This document shows, piece by piece, positions 13,097-23,314 of a stretch of 64,000 nt of DNA; positions within the stretch are counted from its first letter, which is position 1; every line of letters starts with the position of its first letter. The stretch comes from Magallana gigas. Its lineage: Eukaryota. A program made the translations under genes and the position numbers. The stretch lies in the NCBI RefSeq assembly GCF_963853765.1, contig NC_088858.1:37324001-37388000 (forward strand), read 5' to 3'. The notes under the pieces were generated by a model that had not been told where the DNA came from, searched no databases, and was given only the letters and a program-made list of their open reading frames with translations.

Positions 13097-13241
13097 TGGC
13101 GGAATTCGCTTTTTCAATATCTTTATAATTCCATTTTAAGCGTTTGTTATCTTTCACATAAAAACGTTTTTGGCGGAATTCGCTTTTTCAATATCTTTAT
13201 TCCATTTTAAGCGTTTGTTATATGTCACATAGAAACGTTTT
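13097..13241. repeat. Two-copy tandem duplication, ~72 bp
   Basis: ttggcggaattcgctttttcaatatctttat...ttccattttaagcgtttgtta occurs twice in succession. Confidence 0.85.
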
Positions 13242-13563
13242 ACTGTATTCCATTCCTATCATTCCGCAATGTATTTTATAATTGGTTACCTTAATATATT
13301 AGAATTGGTGATCTGTTTCTTTATTACTAATAAATATTGATAGCTTTCGTACAAATACCATGCAAGTACAAATAATAAATGTGAAAAAAGTATCAAAATA
13401 ACATTGAAAATAATTGTATCATCATAAAGAGTTTATTAAAATAAAAAGATCTGATATCGCACATATCTGGTTCATTTTGGTTTTCAAGTATTTGAATTTT
13501 TAAGCGTTAAATTTCAACGATCTGTAATTGATTAAAATAAATAAAAGCAATGCATATATGATT

Positions 13564-16500
13564 TCATTCGTTTACAAAACGCAATAAAACAATGCATAAA
13601 AACATAAACAACAGAGAAAATACATTTGATATACCAGAGGAGGAACTGTTGCCATATTCACCAACAAAACTTACACCTCGCTGAAATTCATATTCCCCCG
13701 CACACTTCAGATGCAGTAATTGAAAAAGACCCTCAGATTGTTCATCAAAGCGGGCTTCACAGTTAGCACCAAAAATAAGCGATAATCTTCCTCCAAAATC
13801 AATACGAAAAGTCGAATTTTCAGAAAATAATAGTGTTAAATTTCCAAATCCAACAGAATTCAATTTGAATGAGAGGCTCTCATTCACGAAATAATTGATG
13901 GTGATATCGCCATAGATGCGATGTCCGTAATTTCCAATACAAGGTGTTGCGTCATAGTCGTCTGCTGGCATTTCTGTCTCCGTTTGGTTCTTTGCCGCTG
14001 GTTGCTCTTCCCAAGGTTCTGGAAATGTACAGATGGTTGATGCGTTCAACCAGGGATCTTCTTGAAGGAGAATATCGGAAAGTATGTACGACAGCGGCTC
14101 TAGATCTTTCCGGAACTTGATTGGCCAAGGGCCGTTGACCATCATGAAGAAACCACTTTTCGATTGTGGATAAAGGGAGGCAATTGTTGAGTAAGCGTGC
14201 AGAGAACCAGTGTGGAACACAGACTTGTATCCTGTATTGTATTATGTGAAAATAGTACTTGTGCATAAAAAATAATAGTATTTTCAATACAAATAAGTAG
14301 AGAAAATGTGTGTTCAACTTATAAAACCTACGGTAATAGACAAATGAAATAATACATATTTGCAATAACTTTTGCGGCATTTCTAATCGCTTTATTTTAT
14401 TTTCAAGCTGACTGGGTAGATTCTAAAAATTCTTCTTTTTTCAGGAACTGCATGTATTGATAATTTACACAAATTATGAAATTTATAATAGAAATGTTGT
14501 TAACATAAAAAAGAAACAAAGAAAAAGAATACCTCTATAGTTTCGTCCCAACCAAGCATAACCATACCAGGCAGTCAATGAATCTACCGGGAACGGTCTT
14601 TCTACACTATAGCGCGTCATCACTTTTCTTGGTAATGATACATGAGGCTCAAACATCTCATCAAATACAGTTTTATCGATGAGAGTAAGACCGTCTTCAG
14701 TGGTACCATTTCCCAACAAAAATAACAGCCACTTTGACAAATCCTTTGGTGATGAGCATAAACCTCCCGCCGGTGAAAATTCACCTAATCTAAATTAGAC
14801 AGATAAGAAAATGTTAACTCTAATGCGAGAGAAATGATAAAGGTAATAAGTTAATGTTTCATTAAAAAGGTAATGGTTCATTAATTAAACGTACATATCA
14901 ATATTATGTATAAATGTACCTATATAGGAGGAAATCGTCTTCGTTGAAACTAAGAGTTTCGTTCACCTTGAAATACGGATTTGCAAAATGATCATCCCTT
15001 GACGACACATCATCCAAAAAAATAGATGCGTTCATTCCTAACGGATCCCATATTTTCTCTTTTATCAACTCCTCGAACTTTTTCCCGCCAATAACTTCAG
15101 CCACGTGACCTGCTATCATATACATAAAGTTGTTATAGCTCCACACATCACGAAACGGTTGAGCCTGTGGTAAATATTTCAACCGGCTGAAAAAAGATGC
15201 ATTTTCAGATAGTTCAATCATCTCAACAAATCATCTCAAATCATCTAAATCGTCATACACCATTGTCAAAGATTTGTGTACAAGATAAAACCATTTTAAC
15301 AAGACCTTGGACTTTTAGTAGGACGTAACTATCTATTTCTTGCGTCAAATCAAGTTAAATATGGCGCTGGTTTCAAACGAAATATGCACCGATTGCGTGG
15401 CCTTAGCTCAAATCCAAACAAATCTTGGTGATTTCAAAGAGCCATGGCTGAATGGCTAGCAATGCAATAGACAGACCTACGCCACATTGCCGTTTGACAC
15501 AACCATACAAAGTCCAAGCTTTTCTTAAAATGGTTGAACCGTTCTTTATGCAATGCGTGTTATTTATTTGGTTTTACCTCGCATAGTTTTCTCTCGTGAT
15601 GTTTGCTGGCATGGTGATAAGTGATAAATCCGTATTCATGAAGCCAGTTCTATGTGTCAGAAGGTCTTTAATGCTCATTTCGGATGCAACGAAATTTGGG
15701 GACATTTGGAAGTTGGAGTCTAGTATGTCCACAATTTTTGAATTCCAACCAAGGCTTTGGATAAAATAGAATATCATATGATTAATAAGCGTACAATGGA
15801 TATTACTAGCAGATTCTGAACGATTCAACCGAAAGCTGGTAGGACTTTAATGGCAGAAAGGCGTGCACGGGAATTATTCAGAATTCCAAAATGATCGTCC
15901 TCATTCATTTATATCATTACATGTACGATATACTAGTTTAGATAGTCATCTATTTCGTTCATTACCTTCCCCCTTTCTGTTGGGATTCTGTGATCAAGAC
16001 CCCCAGAAGAGCGGTTGTGAAGGCTTTGCCAGTGGAACCTATGTTTGACACCGTGAACTCGTCAAAAGCCACAGGCGGGTCTAAGCGGGCGTTGCCATAT
16101 CCTTTGTACAGAACACTTCCATTTCTAACAAGGGATATTCCTAGTCCTGTTAAAAATATATAAACTAGATAAAATCGGTATCTGTGTAATGGTTGAAACA
16201 TAACATTATCAAAATGTTGCGATGAGATTTCAAAACAATGTTTAAATAGCATGGCACATAACATAAATAATAATGTTTAAATAGCATGGCACATAACATA
16301 AATAATGTAGCCGGTAGGTAATAAACCAATAAAATTTTACACATTGACTTAAGATTTCCAAAAAGGTTATAGTTCAGTTTTAAGAGTGAATCATATGTAT
16401 CAAATTTGAAGAGTGGTATGGAATAATTTACATTCGCAGAGATCAATTTTCTATGATCATCAATTGGTTTTTCCCCCACATATTCGTGGAGACATTGTTT

Positions 16501-16776
16501 CGTGGTATTTTAGTGAGCGAGAGGTGCCCATTACTTTCCACAAAAATTTAGAAAGTACTAATACCAGTGAACCCCGCAGTATCTCATGTTCATTTGCTTG
16601 AAATCCCCTTTCACCTGATTTTGAGGGATTTCTTACCTCTTCTTACCTGGTATGTTTTTACATTCCCGTAAGGCCTGAACTGCATTGTCGATGACTTTCA
16701 CTTCCTCTGTTGAGAAACTCTGTGCATATGAATTTGCAATCTGGATACAGATCAAAAAGGCTCTGTAATTTGGCAT
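13564..16776 (-). CDS. Beta-lactamase-fold (peptidase S12-like) serine hydrolase, paralog B, intact, 559 aa, signal peptide and putative GPI signal
   Basis: Exons 16776-16647, 16146-15966, 15754-15578, 15186-14920, 14789-14533, 14231-13564 sum to 1680 nt in frame. Starts MPNYRAFLICIQIANSYA. Motifs GSTGKAFT, WSYNNFMY, FHTGS. Ends GNSSSSGISNVFSLLFMFLCIVLLRFVNE. Confidence 0.92.
15288..15536 (+). mobile_element. ~250-bp TA-flanked MITE, family M1 copy 1 (intron 3 of paralog B)
   Basis: TIRs aaaccattttaacaagaccttggact / agtccaagcttttcttaaaatggtt. Alignable to 17866-18115 and to the reverse complement of 33395-33633. Confidence 0.8.
16236..16305. repeat. Two-copy tandem duplication, ~35 bp
   Basis: aatgtttaaatagcatggcacataacataaat repeated. 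Confidence 0.85.
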
Positions 16777-17460
16777 GGTTATGATTTACAAAAGACACAC
16801 TGTACGCGGGTAGTCGCATCAGGCTTTTCACACCGGTAACATAGTTGATATTCCAAATCACGATTAACATAAATGGGTTATAAAATGCACACATGCAAGT
16901 GTTCTTAACAGCCTTTTATTTTATACCTTAACCGTGTCCGGATAAACGTACCAGTGTTTTATAATGGGCCTCAAGAGAACTTGGCCAATAAACGCGTAAA
17001 GGATTCGTAAATATTTCAGAATCTAATTTTGTCAAGGAATATAAACCATTCACTTGTGATGTTCAAACAGACATATAATCGTTGAGGAGCACGTGATCAA
17101 AATTCGGTTAGATAACGTGTTAGCGCTCTACACCGATCTTAAATATATGCATGAACGAGACATCTCAAATTACTTAACATCAATTCTCTGTAAATACCAA
17201 AATATCACTATAGGGTCATGGCACACACCATCTCAGATTGTCACGAAACTTTCTCAGGTGATTGATACTCATAAGGTATGACATTATCCACCATCAAAAC
17301 AATGCCTACTACCTTAGTTGCCATAGTAACCAATTTCATTCATTTACGGCCCAAATACACAGTTTTTAAGTTGGAAAATAAGGTAAAGTCACAGCTCAGG
17401 CTTATTTAAAATTTTTCAAGATATTTCACATTTAAAGTGGCTCGACACCCCGAATATTTA

Positions 17461-18160
17461 GACAATAAAATGCTTTCTTTTTTCCTGCAATGATCGCTAC
17501 CTTTAACCCGAATGAATCATCAAAGAAAGCATTTAATTGTTTATATTAACATCTTTCTTGTGACTAATTAATACATTGATTATGAAAAGTATGTAAAATT
17601 CACTAAATTACTGTTAACGTACATAAGTACGTTAGCTAAAAGAAACAGCCAACTCGTCTCCGTGAGACTTGGATGATTATTTCGTACAGTCTGTTATTTT
17701 TTATAGGTCGCTGTGGATTTCAACAAATCGATAAACAGGGCGTGTCAATATCAGTCCTGTCTGTTTCTTGCCGTTTGTTTCAGCCGCTGTAGATTTCGAC
17801 CAATCGATAAATGGGGCGTGTAGATTTCAGTCTGGCTGCTTCAATAGAGCTATGCATTAGCTATAAAACTATTCTAACAAGGCCTTGGACTTTCAGTAGG
17901 ACGTAACTATCTATTTCTTGCGTCAAAACAAGTTTAAAATTACGCTGGTTTCAAGCGAAATATACACCGATTGCGTAGTCTTAGCTCAAAAGCCAGATGA
18001 ATCGTGTTGATTTTAAAGAGTCATGGCTAAGTGACCATCAATGAAATGGGCAGGCCTACGTCACAATGCTGTTTGACACAACTACCCAAAGTCCAAGCTC
18101 TTGTTAAAATGGTTCTAAGTTTCCGTAAGAAATAGAAGAGAATTATACTTGGTAGATTAA
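17461..18160 (+). repeat. Interspersed repeat family R, copy 1 (interrupted by MITE M1); class unknown
   Basis: Shares tgcaatgatcgctacctt...aaagaaagcatt...cgaccaatcgataaa...gggcgtgtagatttcagtctg...aagtttccgtaagaaatag with 18221-18550 and 21036-21515. Confidence 0.75.
17866..18115 (+). mobile_element. MITE family M1 copy 2 with TA target-site duplication
   Basis: Filled site ctaTA[aaactatt...aatggttc]TAagtttccg versus the empty site ctaTAagtttccg in the family R copy near 21468. Confidence 0.88.
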
Positions 18161-18220
18161 ATATTATTTGATGGATTTACTTCAATACAAGTTACGTGTG
18201 ACTGTACTTGTACAGGTACA

Positions 18221-18550
18221 TTTCAACAATAAAATGCTTTCTTCAAAACCCACGTAAATCACCCAAGAAAGCATTTTATTGTTTATATTTACATCTTTCT
18301 TTTAACAAATTAATAAATTGGTTGTAAAAAGTAAGTTAAATTAACTATTAAATTACTGTTAATGTACATCAGCGCGTTTAACTAAAAGAAAAAGTCAAAT
18401 CATCTTTTATGGAAATTTGATTCTGACATCATCATAAATTCCTCGTGAAGTCCGTGATTTTCTTCGGTCGCTGTAGGTTCCGACCAATCGATAAATAGGG
18501 CGTGTAGATTTCAATCTGCCTATTTCTATAGAGCTAAGAATTAACTATAA
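18221..18550 (+). repeat. Interspersed repeat family R, copy 2 (diverged)
   Basis: Alignable by eye to 17461-17865 and 21100-21475. Confidence 0.7.
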
Positions 18551-18574
18551 CACCCCTGCGAATGTTATTGTCAT

Positions 18575-20050
18575 TTAAATTTTAGACCACGTGGTTATAT
18601 TTCACCATCTTAGTTTCGCAGTTAAAATTGTGCCTCGTGTTTATAGTCTATTTCATAGAATCTAGGTAATTGTCATCAAATATGAAATCTAGACGTTTTT
18701 TGATTTTAAACTGGTGAAATTGGTGAATAAAATGAGAACTTTGTAGAAAAAAATGTTACCATAAAAAAAAAATAGTTTTTTTTCTGCTGTTGCAAAAATT
18801 AACTTGCTTAGCAGCGACCCCCCCCCCCCCCCCACCCCCCCCCCCCCCCCCGAAGAATTAATTTTCGATCTATAGTAAAATATTTTTTGCATTAAGAAAA
18901 AATCGCTCATTTTCTGATACAGTAAAGTTAGTACGGTTCGCCGTAGAATTCACGTCATTTCTATAAAAGCAGTACAAAAATTCTCAAAAATGAAGACATT
19001 CAGAAAAATAAAATAAATAGTGCCTGTTTGGGACGATAACAGTTGAAATTGACACCCCTCGAAAACCATTTTCAACCTCCGCTTCGCGTCGGTTGACAAT
19101 AGTTTCCTCGGGGTGTCAATTTCTGTTACCCTCCGAAACAGGCACTATTTATATAGTGTTACCCATTGCTAAGTGTGTTGTTAACGGTGAGGGCAATAGA
19201 ACGGATTATCAACTGCGTCTAAACCAATCAGATTTCAGTATTTAACATGAAAGTATAATAATCATAATTATTATGTACCCAACATATTCATATGTACACA
19301 TACAACTCTTTGAGCATTTTTCATTTAATAAGTTCTAATTTGGGATATCTTCATTTTGTTTAAATTTTAGACCACGTGGTTATATTTCACCATCTCAGTT
19401 TCGCAGTTAAAATTGTGCCTCGTGTTTATAGTCTATTTCATAGAATCTAGGTAATTGTCATCAAATATGAAATCTAGACGTTTATTGATTTTAAACTGGT
19501 GAAATAGGTGAATAAAATGAGAACTTTCTAGAAAAAAATGTTACCATAAAAAAAATAGGTTTTTTTCTGCTGTTGCAAAAATTAACTTGCTTAGCAGCGA
19601 CCCCCCCCCCACCCCCCCCCCCCCCCCCCCCCCCGAAGGATTAATTTTCGATCTATAGTAAAAGCATCAAAATTGAAACAGACTACACCATTTTATGCAG
19701 AATGTTCCTTGAAAATGGCTCGATAAACTAAGTTTTTATCCAAAACAAGCACCCGTTCTTTTTTTAAAAAGCATCGTGTTGCACACCAAAAGCTAAGCAT
19801 TAGATAATGATAGCTATTTATTCCAATTCTGTTGAGATAAATACTTCAGCAAAGTACATGGTTAATTAGATATGTATGAAGACGTTAGTCGGGAACCTTA
19901 AATAGTTTCTTTTTAATGTCATTTTAAACAACATGTTTAAAAAAAAATAGCTATCAATATCTAATGCTTAGAATTTTCAAACAAAACTATTCCAAAATAT
20001 TTTTTGCATTAAGAAAAAATCGCTCATTTTCTGATACAGTAAAGTTAGTA
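18575..20050. repeat. Local near-identical duplication (18575-18932 and 19360-20050), each copy with a long poly-C tract; copy 2 has ~335 extra bp
   Basis: tttaaattttagaccacgtggttatatttcacc...gcttagcagcgacccc...gatctatagtaaaa...cagtaaagttagta present twice. Confidence 0.88.
18933..19260. mobile_element. Non-autonomous element with ~135-bp palindromic hairpin (family H)
   Basis: aaatagtgcctgtttggga...gttgaaattgacacccctcgaaaaccatt-tcaacctccgcttcgcgtcggttgac-aatagtttcctcggggtgtcaatttc...aaacaggcactattt at 19016-19152. Flanks are shared with 47284-47660. Confidence 0.75.
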
Positions 20051-20054
20051 TTAT

Positions 20055-20130
20055 ATAAATAGTGCCTGTTTGGGAGGGTAACAGTTGAAATTGACACCCC
20101 GAGGAAACCATTGTCAACCGACGCGAAGCT
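20055..20130. repeat. Half of the family H hairpin (a second half-copy lies at about 21888-21948)
   Basis: gggagggtaacagttgaaattgacaccccgaggaaaccattgtcaaccgacgcgaagc then T-rich sequence; 21888-21948 stops at the same aagc. Confidence 0.75.
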
Positions 20131-20164
20131 TTTAAATTAAACTTTTAAACTGACTTTTAAATTA

Positions 20165-20592
20165 TTTTTTTTTTTTGCATGCTGAATATATTGTTAAGAA
20201 CATGTCATGATAAGATTTGTTCTAAACACAGAAAGTATAATTGAAATGAATTATTATTTCATATATAACATTCGTTATTTTTAATGTATTATAGAATTAG
20301 TCTCAAACAAAATTGGATTTTTAGCAAAACAGAGGAAATTCGGACTAATTTAAAAGTAAAAGTTTGAGACTTTTGAATTATTTTTATTTTCTTTCTTTTT
20401 TTTTTTTTTTTTTTGCATGTTGAATATTGTTAAGGACATGTCATAAATAAGATTTGTTCTAAACCCACAGTCAGATAGTATAATTGAAATGAACTATTAT
20501 TTATATAACATTCGATATTTATAATATATTATAGAATTAGTCTCAAACAAAATTGGACTTTTTAGCAAAAAAGGGGAAATTCGGACTAAATT
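20165..20592. repeat. Two-copy tandem duplication, ~200-230 bp
   Basis: ttttgcatg.tgaata...gatttgttctaaac...tagaattagtctcaaacaaaattgga...gaaattcggactaa repeated. Confidence 0.85.
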
Positions 20593-20972
20593 TTTTCATA
20601 ATTTTATTTTCTGAGGGGGGGGGGGTAAATTGAATCAAAAATGGGTAGGGATTTGAAAACTGATAGAGAAAATTTGAAATATTTATAAAAATTGTCATGA
20701 AAAGTTAATGCGCGGTATCTATGTAGTGCCACTGCCATAACTCAATAACTCATTCAGTCAGAAACTATATTTCATTTTTAATAGAGTTTAGTCATTTGCT
20801 TTATTTTCACAATTAAGAAAATTTCAATCATTGTGTTAATTTTTTACGGATTTTTCTTAAATTAAAAAAAAAAAAAATAAATGGGCATTAACTAAAAACT
20901 GACCTACTTCTCTGAAAGTGAAAAATAAAACTAAAATGAAAGGTCTATTTAATCTTTGGTGATTCATTCGGG

Positions 20973-21515
20973 ATATGAAGGTAGCGACATTGCAGGAAAA
21001 ATACATAACCCGCGTTAGCGGGTTATGTAAACTTTCTTGCAATGATCGCTACCTTCATATGAAGGTAGCGACATTGCAAGAAAAGTACATAACCCGCGTT
21101 ACCTTCATAACCCACATGAATCATCAAAGAAAGCATTATATTGTTTATATTAACATCTTTCTTTAACTAATTAATAAACTGATTATGAAAAGTTAGTAAA
21201 ATTCACTAAATTACTGTTTATGTACAAAAGTACGTTAGCTAAAACAAACAGCCAAATCGTCTCCTGTGAGACTTTGAGTCTGGCATCGTCATGATTATTT
21301 CGTGCAGTCCGGGATTTTACTAAGGTCGTTGTAGGTTCAGACCAATCGATAAACAGCCGGGCGTGTCAATTGCAGTCCTGTCACTTTCAGCCGCTGTAGA
21401 TTTCGACCAATCAATAAATAGGGCGTGTAGATTTCAGTCTGGCTGTTTCTATAGAGCTATGAATTAACTATAAGTTTCCGTAAGAAATAGAGGAAATTAT
21501 GCTTGGTAGATGTAA
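20973..21515 (+). repeat. Interspersed repeat family R, copy 3, with a direct-inverted-direct rearrangement at its left end
   Basis: Alignable to 17461-18160. Segment gaaggtagcgacattgca...acataacccgcgtta occurs twice with its inverted copy between. Confidence 0.75.
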
Positions 21516-22078
21516 ATATATATCACACAACAGATGGTTTTTCATTATCATCATTGTTTTATAATTATAGTTTTAATTTTATTCATTTTAAATAGAATAA
21601 ATATGTATTTGATGTCATAGTTCCTTGATATAAAATAATAGAAGGAGGAGATTTATCTGTAAATTGCACTTTCAGTGCAGAAAGGTCAATTTTAATGCAC
21701 TGTAGCACCAGTTCCCAAGTTTTGTTTTGAATTTTGGTTCAGCTGGAGAATTTAAAAAAATTAAAGACTTTTAAAAGCAGGTTCCAACCTCCTTAATGTG
21801 GCATGGGCTGCTCTAAGAGACTTTAAAATTAATTGCACATTAATAGATTTCCTTTTAAGAGATTTTGTATTTTATTAAAAGTGCATGTTTAGGAGGGTAA
21901 CAGATGAAATTGACACCCCGAGAAACCATTGTCAACCGACGCAAAGCTTCTTTTTTTTTTAAAAAGATAAGAAAGGTTAATATCGTTTCTATAAGTTCTA
22001 TTTGATCAATAATACAGGCATGTGTAAAAAAAATCCTTACGTAAAGTTGAATTTATAAACATGTAGTATAAGAAGAAT

Positions 22079-23314
22079 TCAACCACCGACAGGGACATGT
22101 CGTCCATATTTGTTTAATTTCAGCAACGGTGGGTTCTTAAAGCTGTTTATCGACTTCTTCCCTCTAACAATCCGTTTTCCCCGTGACTCTTGAATCACTT
22201 CAACTTTGTCGTAATGACTGTTCATTGGAACGAGCCCCCCGCTTCTTACCCCCTTACCCATCCACGCCCTGATCTGAGCCTTGCAATTGGCTTTCCAGAT
22301 CATCTTTAGCTCGTTTGCCGTGACGCCATGACTTGTGATGACGATATGGGAACGATACAAACAAGGGTGAGGGTACACTTTGTAAGCATGAAATTCTCCG
22401 ATATTATGTATTTTATACCCAAGATGCTCTAAGCACAAGGCAATATAAATATCCTCCAATGGGAAAAACGGAATGTTAGGTGAAAGGTTCACCACTTCTT
22501 TGATAAGTGCCATATTGGTCAAATACCCTGTTCCCGAACAATATGGCGGGTATATGGATTCGTTGTACATTGAGAATGGCACGTAGTATTTGTGAGTTGG
22601 GTCCCTGAAAGGACGTGCGTTCATGGAACAGCTTCCAAACAGTTTGTTAGTTGACAAACCCAACGGTGAAGTGACCATTTCCTGCAAAGCTTCCAAGTTC
22701 ACCCACATGTCGTCATCAACTTTCATTACGTAATTAACGTGGCCGCAGTTTTGCACAGCCCACCTGAATGCGGATATCGTTTTTAGTGTGAGATTTCGGT
22801 AACTTTCAATAAAATCAATCAAAAGAATGTCATAATGTATTTTTTGTTCGTCTGCAACATTGTAATTGAGCTCTTCCATCGTACTTTTCCCAAACACGAA
22901 TGTATAAGTAACGTTCCCTTTTGCCTGTGATAGCCAGGTTCTGCGAAGAGCGTTTCGTTGATTGCGGTTTTCGTGTTTGGAAAACACCAGTAATAATATT
23001 GAAGCGTTTTGAGATATGTTTCTAGTACATACATCACTTTCTACAATGTACCTAAATTTGGTATGAAAACAGTTTTCACAGATCTTGGGTCTAGGGGCAT
23101 CTGATGGCATAATTGTTGTCGCTGCTGCCGTCTGCTTCGGCTGTTTTCGTCCAACGAGAATTACCTCCCCTTCTTTCTTGGCGATAACTACCTGGATTTG
23201 GGTGGGTAATCTTACCTCCATTATCCAGTACACAGAAACGAAATTCCAAATCACAACAACGCAAATGGCAAAAATCAAAACACGCAAACACTTTCTTCTC
23301 CATATTGTAATCAT
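22079..23314 (-). CDS. GT31 family beta-1,3-galactosyltransferase-like type II membrane protein, intronless CDS, 411 aa
   Basis: Single ORF with N-terminal TM segment (VLIFAICVVVIWNFVSVYWI) and motifs RNALRRTW, ESYRNLTLKT, KVDDDMWVN, YPPYCSGTGY, EDIYIALC. Confidence 0.93.
   Translation of the reverse strand: MITIWRRKCLRVLIFAICVVVIWNFVSVYWIMEVRLPTQIQVVIAKKEGEVILVGRKQPKQTAAATTIMPSDAPRPKICENCFHTKFRYIVESDVCTRNISQNASILLLVFSKHENRNQRNALRRTWLSQAKGNVTYTFVFGKSTMEELNYNVADEQKIHYDILLIDFIESYRNLTLKTISAFRWAVQNCGHVNYVMKVDDDMWVNLEALQEMVTSPLGLSTNKLFGSCSMNARPFRDPTHKYYVPFSMYNESIYPPYCSGTGYLTNMALIKEVVNLSPNIPFFPLEDIYIALCLEHLGYKIHNIGEFHAYKVYPHPCLYRSHIVITSHGVTANELKMIWKANCKAQIRAWMGKGVRSGGLVPMNSHYDKVEVIQESRGKRIVRGKKSINSFKNPPLLKLNKYGRHVPVGG

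Noticed and set aside
8718-16776. Bacterial contamination or recent horizontal transfer of beta-lactamase genes
   Set aside because: Both copies have five GT-AG introns at shared positions, eukaryotic targeting signals and host MITEs in their introns. Ancient origin cannot be judged here.
17317-17330. RFX X-box-like motif gttgccatagtaac about 540 bp upstream of paralog B
   Set aside because: A single motif in repeat-like DNA, and not near the ciliary gene WDR92; no support for function.
18817-18851. Long poly-C/poly-G tracts here and at other sites (e.g. about 1134, 10532, 19600, 23957, 53476, 55516) as functional G-quadruplexes
   Set aside because: Common slippage-prone tracts whose lengths are unreliable in assemblies; no positional pattern.
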